In this document: in pieces, positions 49,629 to 62,427 of the stretch | How positions within the stretch are numbered: the first letter of the stretch is position 1 | How the letters are laid out: each line of letters starts with the position of its first letter | DNA from: Gracilinanus agilis | Taxonomy: Eukaryota | Direction: 5' to 3' | DNA: 64,000 nt | Assembly: GCF_016433145.1 (NCBI RefSeq) | Contig: NC_058130.1 | Location: forward strand, 169,334,633-169,398,632 | Program-made: the position numbers and the translations under genes | The notes under the pieces: generated by a model | Told to the model about the DNA's origin: nothing | What the model saw: the letters and a program-made list of their open reading frames with translations, nothing else | The model's database searches: none

Positions 49629-49830
49629 CGCAGGCAAGAGAAGCGTCTTGGTCCGCTGGGGATTGCAAACCCCTGTCCTGCCCAGGACCCTCTCCCCCTG
49701 GGGGCAGCCCAGAGCAACCAAGGGGGCTCCTGGAGATCCACCAGCAGCTCTCCCTCCCCCAGGGGCCCCTCAGACCCCACTAGCAGGGTCCATCCCACCC
49801 AGAGCATCCTCGAGCCTGGAGACACCGAAG
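49629..49830 (+). CDS. ERN2: ERN2 exon 13 (cytosolic linker)
   Basis: only open phase-0 to phase-1 segment with AG/GT boundaries I found joining exon 12 to exon 14; Ser/Pro-rich and poorly conserved. Confidence 0.75.
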
Positions 49831-50179
49831 GTCAGTCCCAAGCCCTCATTTGCTCTCTGAGCAGTGGTACCATCCGGTGGGAGGGCAGAGAGCAGGTACA
49901 CCTGGGAAATGGGAGAAAGAGAGGAAGGAACAGTGAGAAGAAACAAGCATTTATTAAGTGCCTAATAGAGTGCTTTTTACAGATAGTACCTCATTCCATC
50001 CTCACATCAACCCTATAACTACCCTTTTTGTAAATGAAGAAACTGAGGCAGACAGAGGTACAGTGACTTACCCAGGATCCTTACCACAACCCTAGAATGT
50101 AGGTGCTATTATACTCCCCATTTTAGAGATGACAAAACTGAGGCAGACAGAGGTTAAGTGACAACCCAGGGTCACACAG

Positions 50180-50830
50180 TCAGTGAGTGGCTGAGCCTGG
50201 ATTCAGACTGCTCTCTCCCCACTGCATCGCCCGGCTCTCCCTAGGGGGAAGGCAGGACAAAGCGAGAGGTACAGAGGAACAGGAAGGAAAAAGAGCGGGC
50301 AGAGCGGTTGCTGCTGTGACATTGGGTCACTCTGGAACACTTCAATCTCACGGTTTCCCCAGCGGGAGCGCGCAGTGGCTCGCACTGCCACCAGGGGGCG
50401 GTGCTGCCTGATGTCCAGGATGGCGCTCTGTCTCCGCAACCAGCAGCGTCAGCCGGCCGCGCCTCATGTAGCAAGTAGAACACTTTATTTTAAAATCTAA
50501 CTGGAGCCTATTTAAGACAAGTCCTACGTTTAAGCGGCTTCAAAATAACAAAACAAGCGAGTAGAACAGCCCTGGGGACTGCTTCGAGATTCTTCTCCCT
50601 TTTCTCTGGGTCTTCTCGGAGCCTTCCGCCTTCATCGGAAGGTTCCTCTCTAGGACGCCCCGGGACTTCCTAGGCAGGAACGAGTCATTCTGTAACAGAC
50701 GTGCATCTCTGGGGCTTCTCTCCGGCCGCTTTCGGGGAATGACTTTATTTTCATAAGTAAAACAGCGCTCATGGCGGCAGTCTGTCACGGGATGCTCCCG
50801 AAGGCTTTACTGAGCCAGTGGTAGGTTCAT
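50180..50830. promoter_or_regulatory. intragenic CpG-rich element with CTCF consensus site
   Basis: CCACCAGGGGGCG at 50388-50400 inside non-repeat CpG-rich DNA. Confidence 0.7.
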
Positions 50831-51410
50831 AGAGTGAGAGGCAGGAGGGACTGACAGGCTCTCTGGTCCAGCTTCCTCAATTTACCCCTGAGGAAGCCGA
50901 GGTAAGGTTATGCCTTGCAGAAAAGCAGTAAGGGCTAGGCAGTGGGGGTGAAGGGACTCATCCAGAGTCTCCTGGCTAGGAAATGTCTAAGATCTGAAGA
51001 GGAGCGATCCACTCTTAAATTTGATTGCCATTGTTTCTATGTTCTCTATTACTTTTTTAAGTCTAGGAGATCAAACAAATAATAAGTCAAGCATTTGCTG
51101 ATTTCCAAGACATCATCGTTGATGTTCCTACTAAAGGGGGCTCTTGAGCCTGAGGGAGCCTCCAACCCACTTCAATCAGCCATTGAGCAATCCTTAGGGA
51201 AAAAGTTGAACTCCTCAGACCAGAGTACTTACCATCAGACTGTCTGATGCTGAAAAAGATTATTTGTGACTTAAACTTCTCTCCAAATGCCATTTTTCTT
51301 CACCCTATTCTATCAATCAAATGATTTTTGGCTTGGTTCAATACGTATAATTCTATGACAATGCTGAGAATAGGATACACATCAAGTTTGATTTAAAATT
51401 TTAACTTTAT

Positions 51411-51600
51411 GGGGCAGTTAGGTGGCTTGGGGGAGAGAGTACCAGGCCCAGAGTCAGGAGGACCTGGGTTCAAATCTGGCCTTAGGCACTTCTTAGTTGT
51501 GTGGTCCCTGGGCAAGTTGTTTAATGCCAGTTGCCTAGCCTTTACCACCTTAGAATCAATACTTATCCGTTCTTAAGACAGAAAGTAAGGATTAAAAAAT
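51411..51600 (+). mobile_element. SINE1_Mdo-like SINE
   Basis: head, CORE and tail. Confidence 0.83.
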
Positions 51601-52509
51601 AAAATAAAATTTAACTTTCAATAAATAAACCCTACAAAATCTAATAATACTATCTGGTTTAGGCATAAAGATTAATGGGGAGGCCTACCCACTCTCAGAA
51701 AGCCAAATGATCCTTAGTTTTAGCATCTTTCTCTCTCTTTTCCTACAACCATCTGATACTTCTTTCTTAGTAATCTAATAGTGACACATTCCAGCAGTCC
51801 ATAAACAGTCAATCAATAAACATTTATTAAGCACCTACTACATGACAGACCAGGTCTGGAGTCAAGAAGTCTCATCTTCCTGAGTTTAAATCCAGCTTCA
51901 GATACTTACTAGCCGTGTGACCAGGGTTAAGTTGCTTCACATCTGTCTGCCTCAGTTTCCTCCCCTGTAGAATGGAGATAATAATAGCACCTTCCTCCCA
52001 GGGTTGGTGTGAGGATAAAATGAGACAGAAGGGCAAGGGCTAAGGTAAATGGGGTTAAGGGACTTGCTCAGGGTCACACCGCTAGAAAGTACCTATGTCC
52101 ACATTTGAACCCAGGTCCTTCTGACTCTGGGCCTGGCTCTCTATCCACTAGGCCACCTGGCTGCCCCCGATATTATTATTTTAAAGCACAAAATATGTGA
52201 ATATGATAATCCCAGACATAATTCTCTTTCTCACAAAGACTTGCTCCTGTGTACTTTCATTTCTCTATGATATCTTCATCTAAGCAAAGAGCCAAAATGT
52301 CTATTTCTTCTACCTTTTAGGATGTTTCTTTTCGTCTTCTGACACCCATCTCTTTCTCATGGTCAGGGTATTATTCTCAGACAACTTCAGTTTTATTGAA
52401 GATTTCAAGAAAATTGCATGAAAGACTTCATCTGACCCAGTCCATAATTAAATTATGAGATTCTGTCCAAGAAGTCTTCAACCTATCTTTCCGTAGTGGT
52501 AGAAACATC

Positions 52510-52740
52510 ATTATAGTGGCTGCTGGATAGAATTAGGAAGACTCATCTTCAGGAGTTCAAATCCAGCTTCAGACACTTGTGACCCTGGGCAAGTCACTTA
52601 ACCTTGTTTGCTTTAGTTTCTCATCTGTAAAATGAGCTGGAGAAGGAAATGGCAAATGCTCCAGTATATTTGCCAAGAAAATTCTAAATGAGGTCATAAA
52701 GTTGGACACTGCCAAAACTCAACAACAACAACATAAAAAA
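52510..52740 (+). mobile_element. MAR1-like CORE-SINE
   Basis: gagctggagaaggaaatggcaaa...tttgccaagaaa tail. Confidence 0.75.
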
Positions 52741-53653
52741 AAAGAAACATCATTACTTTATCACCTATTTGTGATGCAGTGGAAAGGTACTATATTTGGA
52801 TTTAGAGGACTTGGATTCAAATGCCACCTCAGTCACTATGTGACCTTGGACAAGTCATATTCTCTAACAGCCTCAGTTTCTTCATCTACAAAGTAAGGGG
52901 ATTGAACTGAATGATCTTATATTCTGGGCTATAACTTGGTTAGGTCAACTAGGATGCTGTCCAGGACCCTCAAATTTAGCAGAAGCAAAAGTTAATACAT
53001 GTGCATTTTTTTTTCACACGTACATTTCTTAAGCAGCTGGAAACAACTGAATTTAGATACAGTTAGCAAAAATGATTAGTAAAAAATAGGACATTGTTAC
53101 CATAGCTACCAGGACATTTATTAATAACACCTATCTGTGAGTCACTTTAGTAACCAATTACCCTTCCTACTCATCTAATTTGTTTTAATTATTTCTCATA
53201 TTCTTTTTGTATCATGAATTACCAAAATTGAAGTAGGGGTCTAATTTGTACTGCTCGCTCCAGGCACCAAAATTGCTAGTTCTAGTTTTGAAAAGCCTAA
53301 AATGTGCTGTTCTCTTATAAGAATTTCTGGTTTCTTGAACCTCTGCCATGATTTCTTATAACAGTCAATTATCTCTGTAAGACTTAATATAGAATCTACT
53401 ATTAATGTTTTATACTGCTATTAATTCTCCTTCTCTGGACTCTTCAATTAAACTTCAGGGATCTTTTACTTTCCTTCCTTAAAGAAAAGTTTGAATGGTG
53501 GGAGTGGAATAATTAACTAACTTGTTAATTAATTTTGTGATAATAGAGTCTAACCAGGATGGCAAGTTGCTCCACTCCAGCAGCCTAAACCTCCTGGCTC
53601 ATCATGCCCCTCTGAGAAGTCAGACATTGGTTCTTATAAAGAATGAACACTAA

Positions 53654-53723
53654 CCAAGAATTCCTTTGGAAGAACCTATCTCTAATTTCCAAGAATTCCT
53701 TTGGAAGAACCTATCTCTAATTT
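53654..53723. repeat. exact 35-bp tandem duplication
   Basis: ccaagaattcctttggaagaacctatctctaattt x2. Confidence 0.97.
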
Positions 53724-53759
53724 GAGCGTCTCTGGTCTACTGTATCTGCTTCTCTCTCT

Positions 53760-53970
53760 CTCTTTTTTTTTCCCTTTTTCTTTTTTTTTTTAAACCCTTA
53801 CCTTCCATCTTAGAATCAATACTGGGTATTGGTTCTAAAGCAGAAGAGTGGTGTAAGGACTAGGCAACGGGGGTTAAGTGATTTGCCCAGGGTCACACAG
53901 CTAGGAAGTGTCTGAGGTCAGATTTGAACCCAGGACCTCCCGTCTCTGGGTCTGACTCTCAATCCACTGC
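53760..53970 (-). mobile_element. SINE1_Mdo-like SINE
   Basis: reverse-complement consensus. Confidence 0.9.
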
Positions 53971-54066
53971 TTCTCTTTTAACTATTAGCATGACTACTTA
54001 CTTGCCTCTAGTCAACTGCTCAATTTTGATCTCTGTCATCTAAAAATGCAGTCATTCATTCATAGA

Positions 54067-54695
54067 ATTTAATTTTTTTTAATTTTAAATTTTTTTAGAA
54101 AAAATTTCCATGGTTACATGATTCATGTTCTTACTTTCCCCTTCACCCCACCCCAACCACCCCCATAGCCAAAACACATTTCCACTGGTTTTAACATGTG
54201 TCATCAATCAAGACCTATTTCCATATTATTGATAGTTGCATTGGTGTGGTAGTTTTGAGTCTACATCCCCAATCATGTCCTCATCAACCCATGTGTTCAA
54301 GCAGTTGTTTTTCTTCTGTGTTTCCTCTCCTGTAGTTCTTCCTCTGAATGTGGGTAGCATCTTTACCATAAATCCCTCAGAGCTGTCCTGGATCATTGCA
54401 TTGCTGCTAGTACAGAAGTCCATTACATTCGATTTTACCACAGTGTATCAGTCTCTGTATACAATGTTCTTCTGGCTCTGCTCCTTTCACTCTGCATCAA
54501 TTCCTGGAGGTCTTTCCAGTCCACATGGAATTCCTCCAGTTTATTATTCCTTTGAGCACAGTAGTATTCCATCACCAGCATATACCACAATTTGTTCAGC
54601 CAGTCCCTAATTGAAGGGCATATCCTCGTTTTCCAGTTTTTTGCTACCACAAAGAACAAGGCTATAAATATTTTTGTACAAGTCTTTTTTATCCA
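54067..54695 (-). mobile_element. 5'-truncated L1 with TSD
   Basis: ORF2 C-terminus CTKIFIALFFVVAKNWK...WLNKLWY; polyA tail; TSD cattcataga at 54057-54066 and 54696-54705. Confidence 0.93.
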
Positions 54696-56479
54696 CATTC
54701 ATAGACTTTTAGATCCGAAAGAGACTAGAAAGACCATTTAGTTTCATTCATTCATTCATTCACTCATTTTATAGATGATGAGGAATACAGATTTTACAGA
54801 TGAGGAAATGGAGTCCCACAAGTGACTTGCATGAGCTGGAGCTAGTTTATTAGCAGATTGGTACTAGACCCAAGATTTCTTGACTCCCAGGCTTAGGTCT
54901 GTTGTTTGTTGTTTATTTTTGGTTTGTTTTGTTCTGCAAGATCTAGCATTTTTTTAATTTTTAATTTTCAATGACAAATTCTCTCCTTCCTTCTACCTCT
55001 TCCCTATGCAACTGAGAAGGCAAGAAATATGATATCTATTATACATATGAAGCCAACTCATGTTTGTGTTTTTTTTCCCCACTTCCCTAACTTGTTCTTA
55101 TTGGTCTTTTCCACGTAAGTTTTCCAAAGTTATATGATTCATGTTGCCTCCTTCTCTTCTTCCCAACCTCCTCCCAGAGTTGACAAGCAATTCAATCTGG
55201 GTTATGCATGTATTATCATAACTTGCTCTCACTGGAAGAAGGAAACAAGCAGGTTTTAAGTGCCTCTCCTGTCAAATGCTATGCTAAGTTCCTTGCAAAT
55301 ATTATCTCACTTGATTCTCAGAACCACCCTGACAGTTAAGTGCTATTATTATCTTTGTTTTTCAGTTGAGAAAATTGAGACAGACAGAGGTTAAGGGACT
55401 TGCCTAGAGGCACATAGCTAGTAAATGTATGAGGTCAGATTCGACCTCAGGTCTTCCTGACTCCAGGCCCAACATTCAATCTACTAAGCCACCTACCTGG
55501 CCTGCCTTTGACTTTGGAGTGTTTCCTGAATCTACATCATCATGGAATGTCATAGAATCTTTTCCACATGTCCAGAAATTCCAATTCTAAACTCTGCCTG
55601 GGCTTACTTACTCCCAACTAACTGTCTTTGCAATTCATTCTTTACATCCCATGACTTGATGGAACAAGTTACTGAGTAATCATTATCAGGCCCAGGTGGA
55701 GAGAAAATATGATTCTTATCTCCAGATGCACCATAGTCATAGGATGCTCAAGAAGGGGCCTTCCTTGGTACCCATTCCCCTCCTGCTGCTAGATACCCCC
55801 CTGCTAGCTGTTTTGAAGGCTCCCTCGTCTGAACACATCAATAGCAATTTTTTGTTGTTGTTGTTAAACTCTTACCTGCTGTCTTAGAATCAATACTGAG
55901 TGTTGCTTCCAAGGCAGAAGAGAAGGGCAAACCCTTGTGACTTACTTAGTAGCTCTTAGAAATCACAAACCCACAGAAACACTTTTTTTTTTCAGTGACC
56001 TCTTCTGGAGGACCCTGACAGAGACAGCCTTGTTAGCCCACAGAGTCCATCGACTTTCAGTTTGACTTGAAGAGAACTGTTTCCTTTAGGAAACATCCAT
56101 TCTTCTTGGACTTTAAGAGGCCTTTCATCCTCAGGACCCTTCTTTCCCTTCCATCTATTCCAGGTTCCTTTCCGTCTTATGTGCTGGAATAGAGAGAGTA
56201 CTGGGGCTTGGAAAGGAGGGAACCTGAGTTAAATTCTAGCTTTATGACCCAGGGCAGATCCCTTAATTTTTCTCAGCTTCAGTTTCTTCATCTGTAAAAT
56301 GGGAAGAAAAATATTTGTTCTGCTTTACCTCACAAGGTAATAATTAATAGCTAAGTGATGCAGCTACTTTGTCACCTTTTGAACTAGCCCCTGGATAGAA
56401 AGAGAGAAATAAGACAGACCTGGAGGGGAATGAGAGGAATGGAATTAAGGAGGAAACTGGGTGGTCTTTTTTTAAAACC

Positions 56480-56955
56480 TTTACTTCTTTTAATATTAAA
56501 AAGTAATTTTTTATTTTTTAATCTTTCCATGGTTACATGATTCATTTTCTCTTCCTCCCCTCTTCCCTCCCCTCTCCCAGAGCTGACTTCCACTGAAACC
56601 CTTACTTTCTGTCTTAATAACTCTAAGAGAGAAGGGCAAGGGGTAGGCAAATTAAGTGGTTTGCCCTGGGTCACACAACTAAGAAATGTCTGAGGTCAAA
56701 CTCAGGTCTTCCAACTCAAGACATGGTTCTCTTCTACTGAACCCAAGTTTTAAAACTTTTTTTTTTTTAAACTCATATCTTCTGTCTTAGAATAAATTCT
56801 GTGTATTGGTTCCAAGGCAGAAGAGTGGTAATGGCTAGGCAATGGGGGTTAAGTGACTTGCTCAGGGTCACATAGAAGTATCTGAGTTCACATTTGAACT
56901 AAAGACCTCTATCTCTACAGCTGGCTCTCAATGTACCAAGCCACCTCGATGCCCC
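56480..56955 (-). mobile_element. cluster of SINE1_Mdo-like SINEs and an L1 tail fragment
   Basis: two SINE bodies plus tttccatggttacatgattc L1 3' piece. Confidence 0.75.
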
Positions 56956-57239
56956 CAATCTTATTTCTTTACACCTAAGATATTGGAAGGGGCCAGAGCT
57001 AGAGAGAACTATAGGGCAAAGGAAAAGAAGAAATTGCAGAGATTTGGTAAAGGTAAAAAGACCCTGAGAAGAGGATGATACAAGGAGACCTAATGGCAGG
57101 AGGATGCTCGGAAAGAAAGGAAATGAAGGAGGATCGGAGGTGAAGAAAGAGCATGAAAAGTGGAGCGAGAGAGATGAGGGACCGAGGAGAGAGAGGGGAG
57201 ACGGTCGACTTCTCTAAACCCTCACTTCCTCTCTCCTAG

Positions 57240-57330
57240 CCCCGGATGACGAACTCACCGTGGTGGGAAAGATCTCCTTCAACACGAAGGATGTCCTGGG
57301 CCGGGGGACGGGTGGCACGTTCGTGTTCAG
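57240..57330 (+). CDS. ERN2: ERN2 exon 14 (kinase start, G-loop)
   Basis: [29 protein letters not shown]; AG|GTGAGT. Confidence 0.96.
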
Positions 57331-57481
57331 GTGAGTCCCCGCCGGACTTTCCATCCGGGAGCTCGCAGTCTGAGCTGGGGCACAGAGTGAGGCCAGACCT
57401 CAGGACGGTGATGGGCAGCCCTCGGGCTATGCGGCATAGCCTGCCGTGGGACCCTCGGTCCAGAGCCCTCCGAGTCCCGCT

Positions 57482-58165
<684 letters not shown>

Positions 58166-58282
58166 TAAAAACCCCAATTTAGGCGGTACGAGAAAGTGCC
58201 TTCATATATCTCATTCAGCCCTTTAAAACAACCTGGAAAGGTAAAAAAGACACAATATTTTACAGCTGCAAAATCTAAGGTA

Positions 58283-58710
58283 GGGGCAGCTAGGGAGCTC
58301 GTTGGATAGAGAGCCAGGCTTAGAGATGGGAGGTCCTGGGTTCAAATGTGGCCTCAGACACTTCCTAGCTGTGTGATCCTGGGCAAGTCACTTAATCTCT
58401 ATTGCCTCACCCATACTGCTCTGCTGCCTTGGAACCAGCACACAGAATTTATTCTAAACTGGAAGGCAAGGGCTTTAATTTTTTTTTAAGATTTTAAAAC
58501 TTGGGACAGCTAGGGAGTTCAGTGGAAGAGAACCAAGCCTGGAATTGGGAGGATCTGGGTTCAACTGTGGCCTCAGATACTTCCTAGCTGTGTGACCCTG
58601 GGCAAGTCATTTGACCTCATTGCCTAGCCCTTACCATTCTTCTGCCTTGGAACCAATATAGTGTTGGTTCTAAGATGGAAAGTAAAGGTTTGAAAAAAAT
58701 AAGAAAAGAA
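58283..58710 (+). mobile_element. two tandem SINE1_Mdo-like SINEs
   Basis: heads at ~58283 and ~58504. Confidence 0.88.
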
Positions 58711-60143
58711 AGGCTACAAAGTGCTTCCTCTCTTTTTAATTATTTCCTACTTATCCTGTATATAGCTTGCTTTGTATACAATCATTTTCTTGCGGTCTCT
58801 CCAGTTAGACTGTGAGCTTCTTGAGGGCATGGGTGGTCTTTTGCCTCTTTTTGAATCCCCCGTGCTTAACATAGTGCCTTGCACAAAGCAGGCACTTAAT
58901 ATTGAATGAATGAATGAAGATGCCAATCAGAAAGCATTTAAGGGCCTACTGTGTGCCTGGCACTGTGCTAGGCACTTGGGATTCAAATATAAAGATTGAA
59001 ACAATCCTCCTTCTCAAGGAACTTACATTCTATTGAGAGTGACAAGTGCGTATGTGTAAGCATATACATGATAAACATAAAAGTTAATATGCTATAAATA
59101 AATACAAGGTAGCTTGACATAAGGGAGTATGGGAGGGAGGGAACTAGCAGTTGTAGGACAGCAGGAAAGGCTTCAGGTAAGAAGGGTTGCTTAGGCTACA
59201 TCTTGGAGAGAGGGATTCTAGGGCAGAGGAAAGGAAGAAGTGCCTGGCCACTCACTTTGCATTGTTGATTTTATTTGACTTTTTAATTCATTTAAAGGGA
59301 TCAGGGGGATTGTTTGTTGGAAAGTATCAAAACAAAATACATTTAGATTTGCACTGAAAATAAAGTTTTAAAATAGCAGCCCCATCCCACCTCCCAAAAA
59401 AAGAAAAAAAAAAAAAAAAAAGCAAAGAAATGAGCTAGTTGTGGTGTAGTGTGAGTGGAAAAAAATGCTGGAAGTGGAAGTAGAGAACTGGTATTTGAGT
59501 CCCAGCTCTGCTGGTGACTGTATGACCTTAGAGCAGGCACTATACCTCCTTTGGCCTCAGTTTCTCCAATTCTAAAATGAGAGGATTGAACAAGATTGAC
59601 CTTTGAGATTTCTTTCATCTTTTATCCTAGGCAAGAGCTGGTACTGGAGATCAGATGATAAATTGTGGATGTTTTAGAGCCAGAAGGGCCATTAGAGATC
59701 ATCTATTTTAAGTCTCTCTCTTTTTTTAATAAATGAGGAAACTGAGGCCTAGTGAAGGGAACTTGGATTCACAATTTCAGTGAATTGAACACTTCTTCCA
59801 GATTTACTATGTACTAGGTCTAGTACTAAGTGCTGGGGATACAAATACAAGTCAACAAGACAGTCTCTGTCTTTAAAGAGATTTCATTCTAATAGGAGAA
59901 GAAAACATGTAAAAAGGGAGTTGAATTTTATTTATTAAGCATCTACCATACCCCACACATTGTGTTAACCTTAGTTTTCTCCCTAATCCTTTTTTTTGTT
60001 GTTCTTTGTACATTGAAATGTTCACGTTTGTTGACAAATGACCATAATAATTGATGTAGCTACTCAGAACAGTAGATAGAGCCCTGGACTTGGAGTCAGG
60101 GAGATTTCAGTTCAAATCCTCCCCAGACATATATCATCTAGAC

Positions 60144-60341
60144 TAGTGATTCCCAAAGTGGGCGCTAGCACCCCCTGGTGGGTGCTGCAGCGATCCAGGG
60201 GCAGGGTGGTGGTGATGGCCACAGGTACATTTATCTTTCCTATTAATTGCTATTAAAATTTTTAAAAATTAATTTCCAGGGAGCTAAGTAATATTTTTTC
60301 TGGAAATGGGGCAGTAGGCCAAAAAAGTTTGGGAACCACTG
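60144..60341. mobile_element. hAT (Charlie-type) MITE, 198 bp
   Basis: TIRs (t/c)AGTGATTCCCAAA / TTTGGGAACCACTG; 8-bp TSD atctagac/gtctagac (NTCTAGAN target). Confidence 0.88.
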
Positions 60342-60489
60342 GTCTAGACAAAATCACTTGCCTTTTAGGTACCTTGGTTTCCCCATTTGTAAACAGGGAA
60401 TAATAATAGCACCTATCTCATAAGGTTGTTGGGAGAATTAAATGACTTAAAGTGTTTTACAAACCTTAAAGTGCTATATAAATGCATTA

Positions 60490-60905
60490 TTATTTTTTAA
60501 ACCCTTGCCTTTCATTTTGTTATTTTTTAAACCCTTACTTTCTGTCTTAGAATTAATATTATGTATTTGTTCCAAGGCAGAAGAGCAGTAAAAGGCTAGG
60601 CAATGAGGGTTAAATGACTTGCCCAGGGTCACACAGCTGGGAAGTGGCTGAGCCCAGATTTGAACCCAAGACCACCTGTCTCTAGGCCTAGCCATCAACC
60701 CACTGAGCTACCCAGCTGCCCCCTTACCTTCCATTTTAGAATCAATACTGTGCATTGGTTCCAAGGCAGAAGAGAGGTAAGGGCTAAATGGGGGTTAAAT
60801 GACTTGCCCAGAGTCATACAACTAGAAAATGTCTGAAGCCAGATTTGAACCCAGGACCTCCCATATCTAGGCCTGGCTGTCCAACCATTCAGCCACCTAG
60901 CTGCC
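60490..60905 (-). mobile_element. two tandem SINE1_Mdo-like SINEs
   Basis: reverse-complement consensus twice. Confidence 0.88.
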
Positions 60906-61534
60906 CTATTAATTTTTTTAAAGGCAAAAAATTTACCCAAGGTGACACAACTCATTAGTGATAGAGCTAAGAATCTCTCTTAATCTCTGTTTATAAAGTG
61001 TCCTGATTTAGCCAATGACTTTTTTTGGGTCACTTTTGAATTAATAAGGTGACATGTGAATGAAGATGTCCAGGAAGGAGCTGGCCATTTGGGACTAAAA
61101 CTTATAATGGAGATATAGATTTGGGAATTATCCAGTTATCCGTAAAAGGTTTAAATCCTGGGTGTGGATTCAGTCACTGAGAGAACAAAGGAGAGGCTGA
61201 GAGAACTGGGCCCTGCTTAGATGGTGGAAGAGAGTCAGAGATGGAGGGAGGGAAAGGAGAGTCAAGAGGGGAAGAGATGGTTCCTAGGAAGGGAGGCTCA
61301 TCGGTATCTGACCGCAAGATTGAGATGTATCACGTTACAGAGACAGTGAGAAAGAGGAGCCCAGAGGAGGAAGAGTTTCACTTGGTTGATGGTTCGGATG
61401 GAAGTGGGATCATAGCTATTAAAGGGAAGGTGAAGAAATAAAGGTGTTTTTGCCCATCATCTCAATCAGCAAGCTTAGCCATGAAAGGGAAGGTCTCTCC
61501 ACCTCTCCATGATTTAAAGGATATCACCCTTACC

Positions 61535-61705
61535 TTTTTTTTTTAAACCCTTACCTTTTGTCTTAGAATCAATACTGTGTATCAATTCCAAAGCAGAACA
61601 ATAAGGGTTAAGTGACTTGCCCAGGGTCACACAGCTAGGAAGTGTCTGAGGCCAGATTTGAACCTAGGACTCCCATCTCTGGGCCTGAATCTCTATCCAC
61701 AGAGC
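61535..61705 (-). mobile_element. SINE1_Mdo-like SINE
   Basis: reverse-complement consensus. Confidence 0.85.
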
Positions 61706-61965
61706 CCTTTGGCTTTATTGTAAGGGAATCCAGGAGTGCTCTCTAAGTTGAGAATCTTGCCAGTAGGAATGAGTCATTCACTCAGGTTTGGTTTCTGTGT
61801 CTGATGATTTTGCCTCAAGGTTTTTCATTGTTCCAGTGAGAGTTCATTCCTATGGGAGGAAGGTATAAGGAGAAATGAACAGTAAAATTTATTTTTAAAA
61901 GGAAATAAAAATATGGAGATGATAGCTGTTTTTCTTTTAACATCTTGGTGCCCCTCTCTCCTCAG

Positions 61966-62065
61966 TATGTTGAAAATCCTGCCCTGGATCGCTTGGGCCT
62001 TGAGCCAGTGACCCTGTTATACCAGCTGATGTCGGGCTTGGTCCATTTACACTCTCTGAACATAG
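61966..62065 (+). CDS. ERN2: ERN2 exon 16
   Basis: YVENP...[14 protein letters not shown]; 100 nt. Confidence 0.96.
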
Positions 62066-62227
62066 GTATGGGAGGTTTAATACCCCAATGCTTACTCTCC
62101 TCCAGAACCAATGTTCCCTGGCCTCCCCTGAACCCCAGCAGGACGCCCCTCTTTTCATGCCAGTCCAACACTACCCACTCTGGCCAGACCCTCTCATTCC
62201 CAGTCTCTCTTCCTCTGTGCTCCTTAG

Positions 62228-62427
62228 TCCACCGAGACCTGAAGCCCTGTAATATCCTCATCACTGGGCCCGACAGCCAGGGCCGGCGCCGAGCTGTCCT
62301 CTCTGACTTTGGCCTCTGCAAGAAACTGCCAGCTGGACGGCACACCTTCAGTCTCTGCTCTGGCATCCCAGGCACTGAGGGCTGGATTGCCCCAGAGCTC
62401 CTGCAGGACGAACCCCCAGAAAGCCCT
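62228..62427 (+). CDS. ERN2: ERN2 exon 17 (HRD, DFG, APE)
   Basis: [11 protein letters not shown]...SDFGLCKKL...GTEGWIAPE; 200 nt. Confidence 0.97.

Noticed and set aside
50771-50827. ATGGCGGCA... start of a possible nested gene (MAAVCHGMLPKALLSQW)
   Set aside because: Stops after 17 codons, no downstream exon found, and it does not resemble NDUFAB1, PALB2, DCTN5 or PLK1 N-termini.
51087-53600. AT-rich stretches with broken coding-like frames (possible NUMT or viral element)
   Set aside because: No recognisable motif in any frame; probably decayed repeats. It needs RepeatMasker or tBLASTn.
54236-54698. 87-aa and 124-aa ORFs
   Set aside because: L1 ORF2 C-terminus and its antisense; not host genes.
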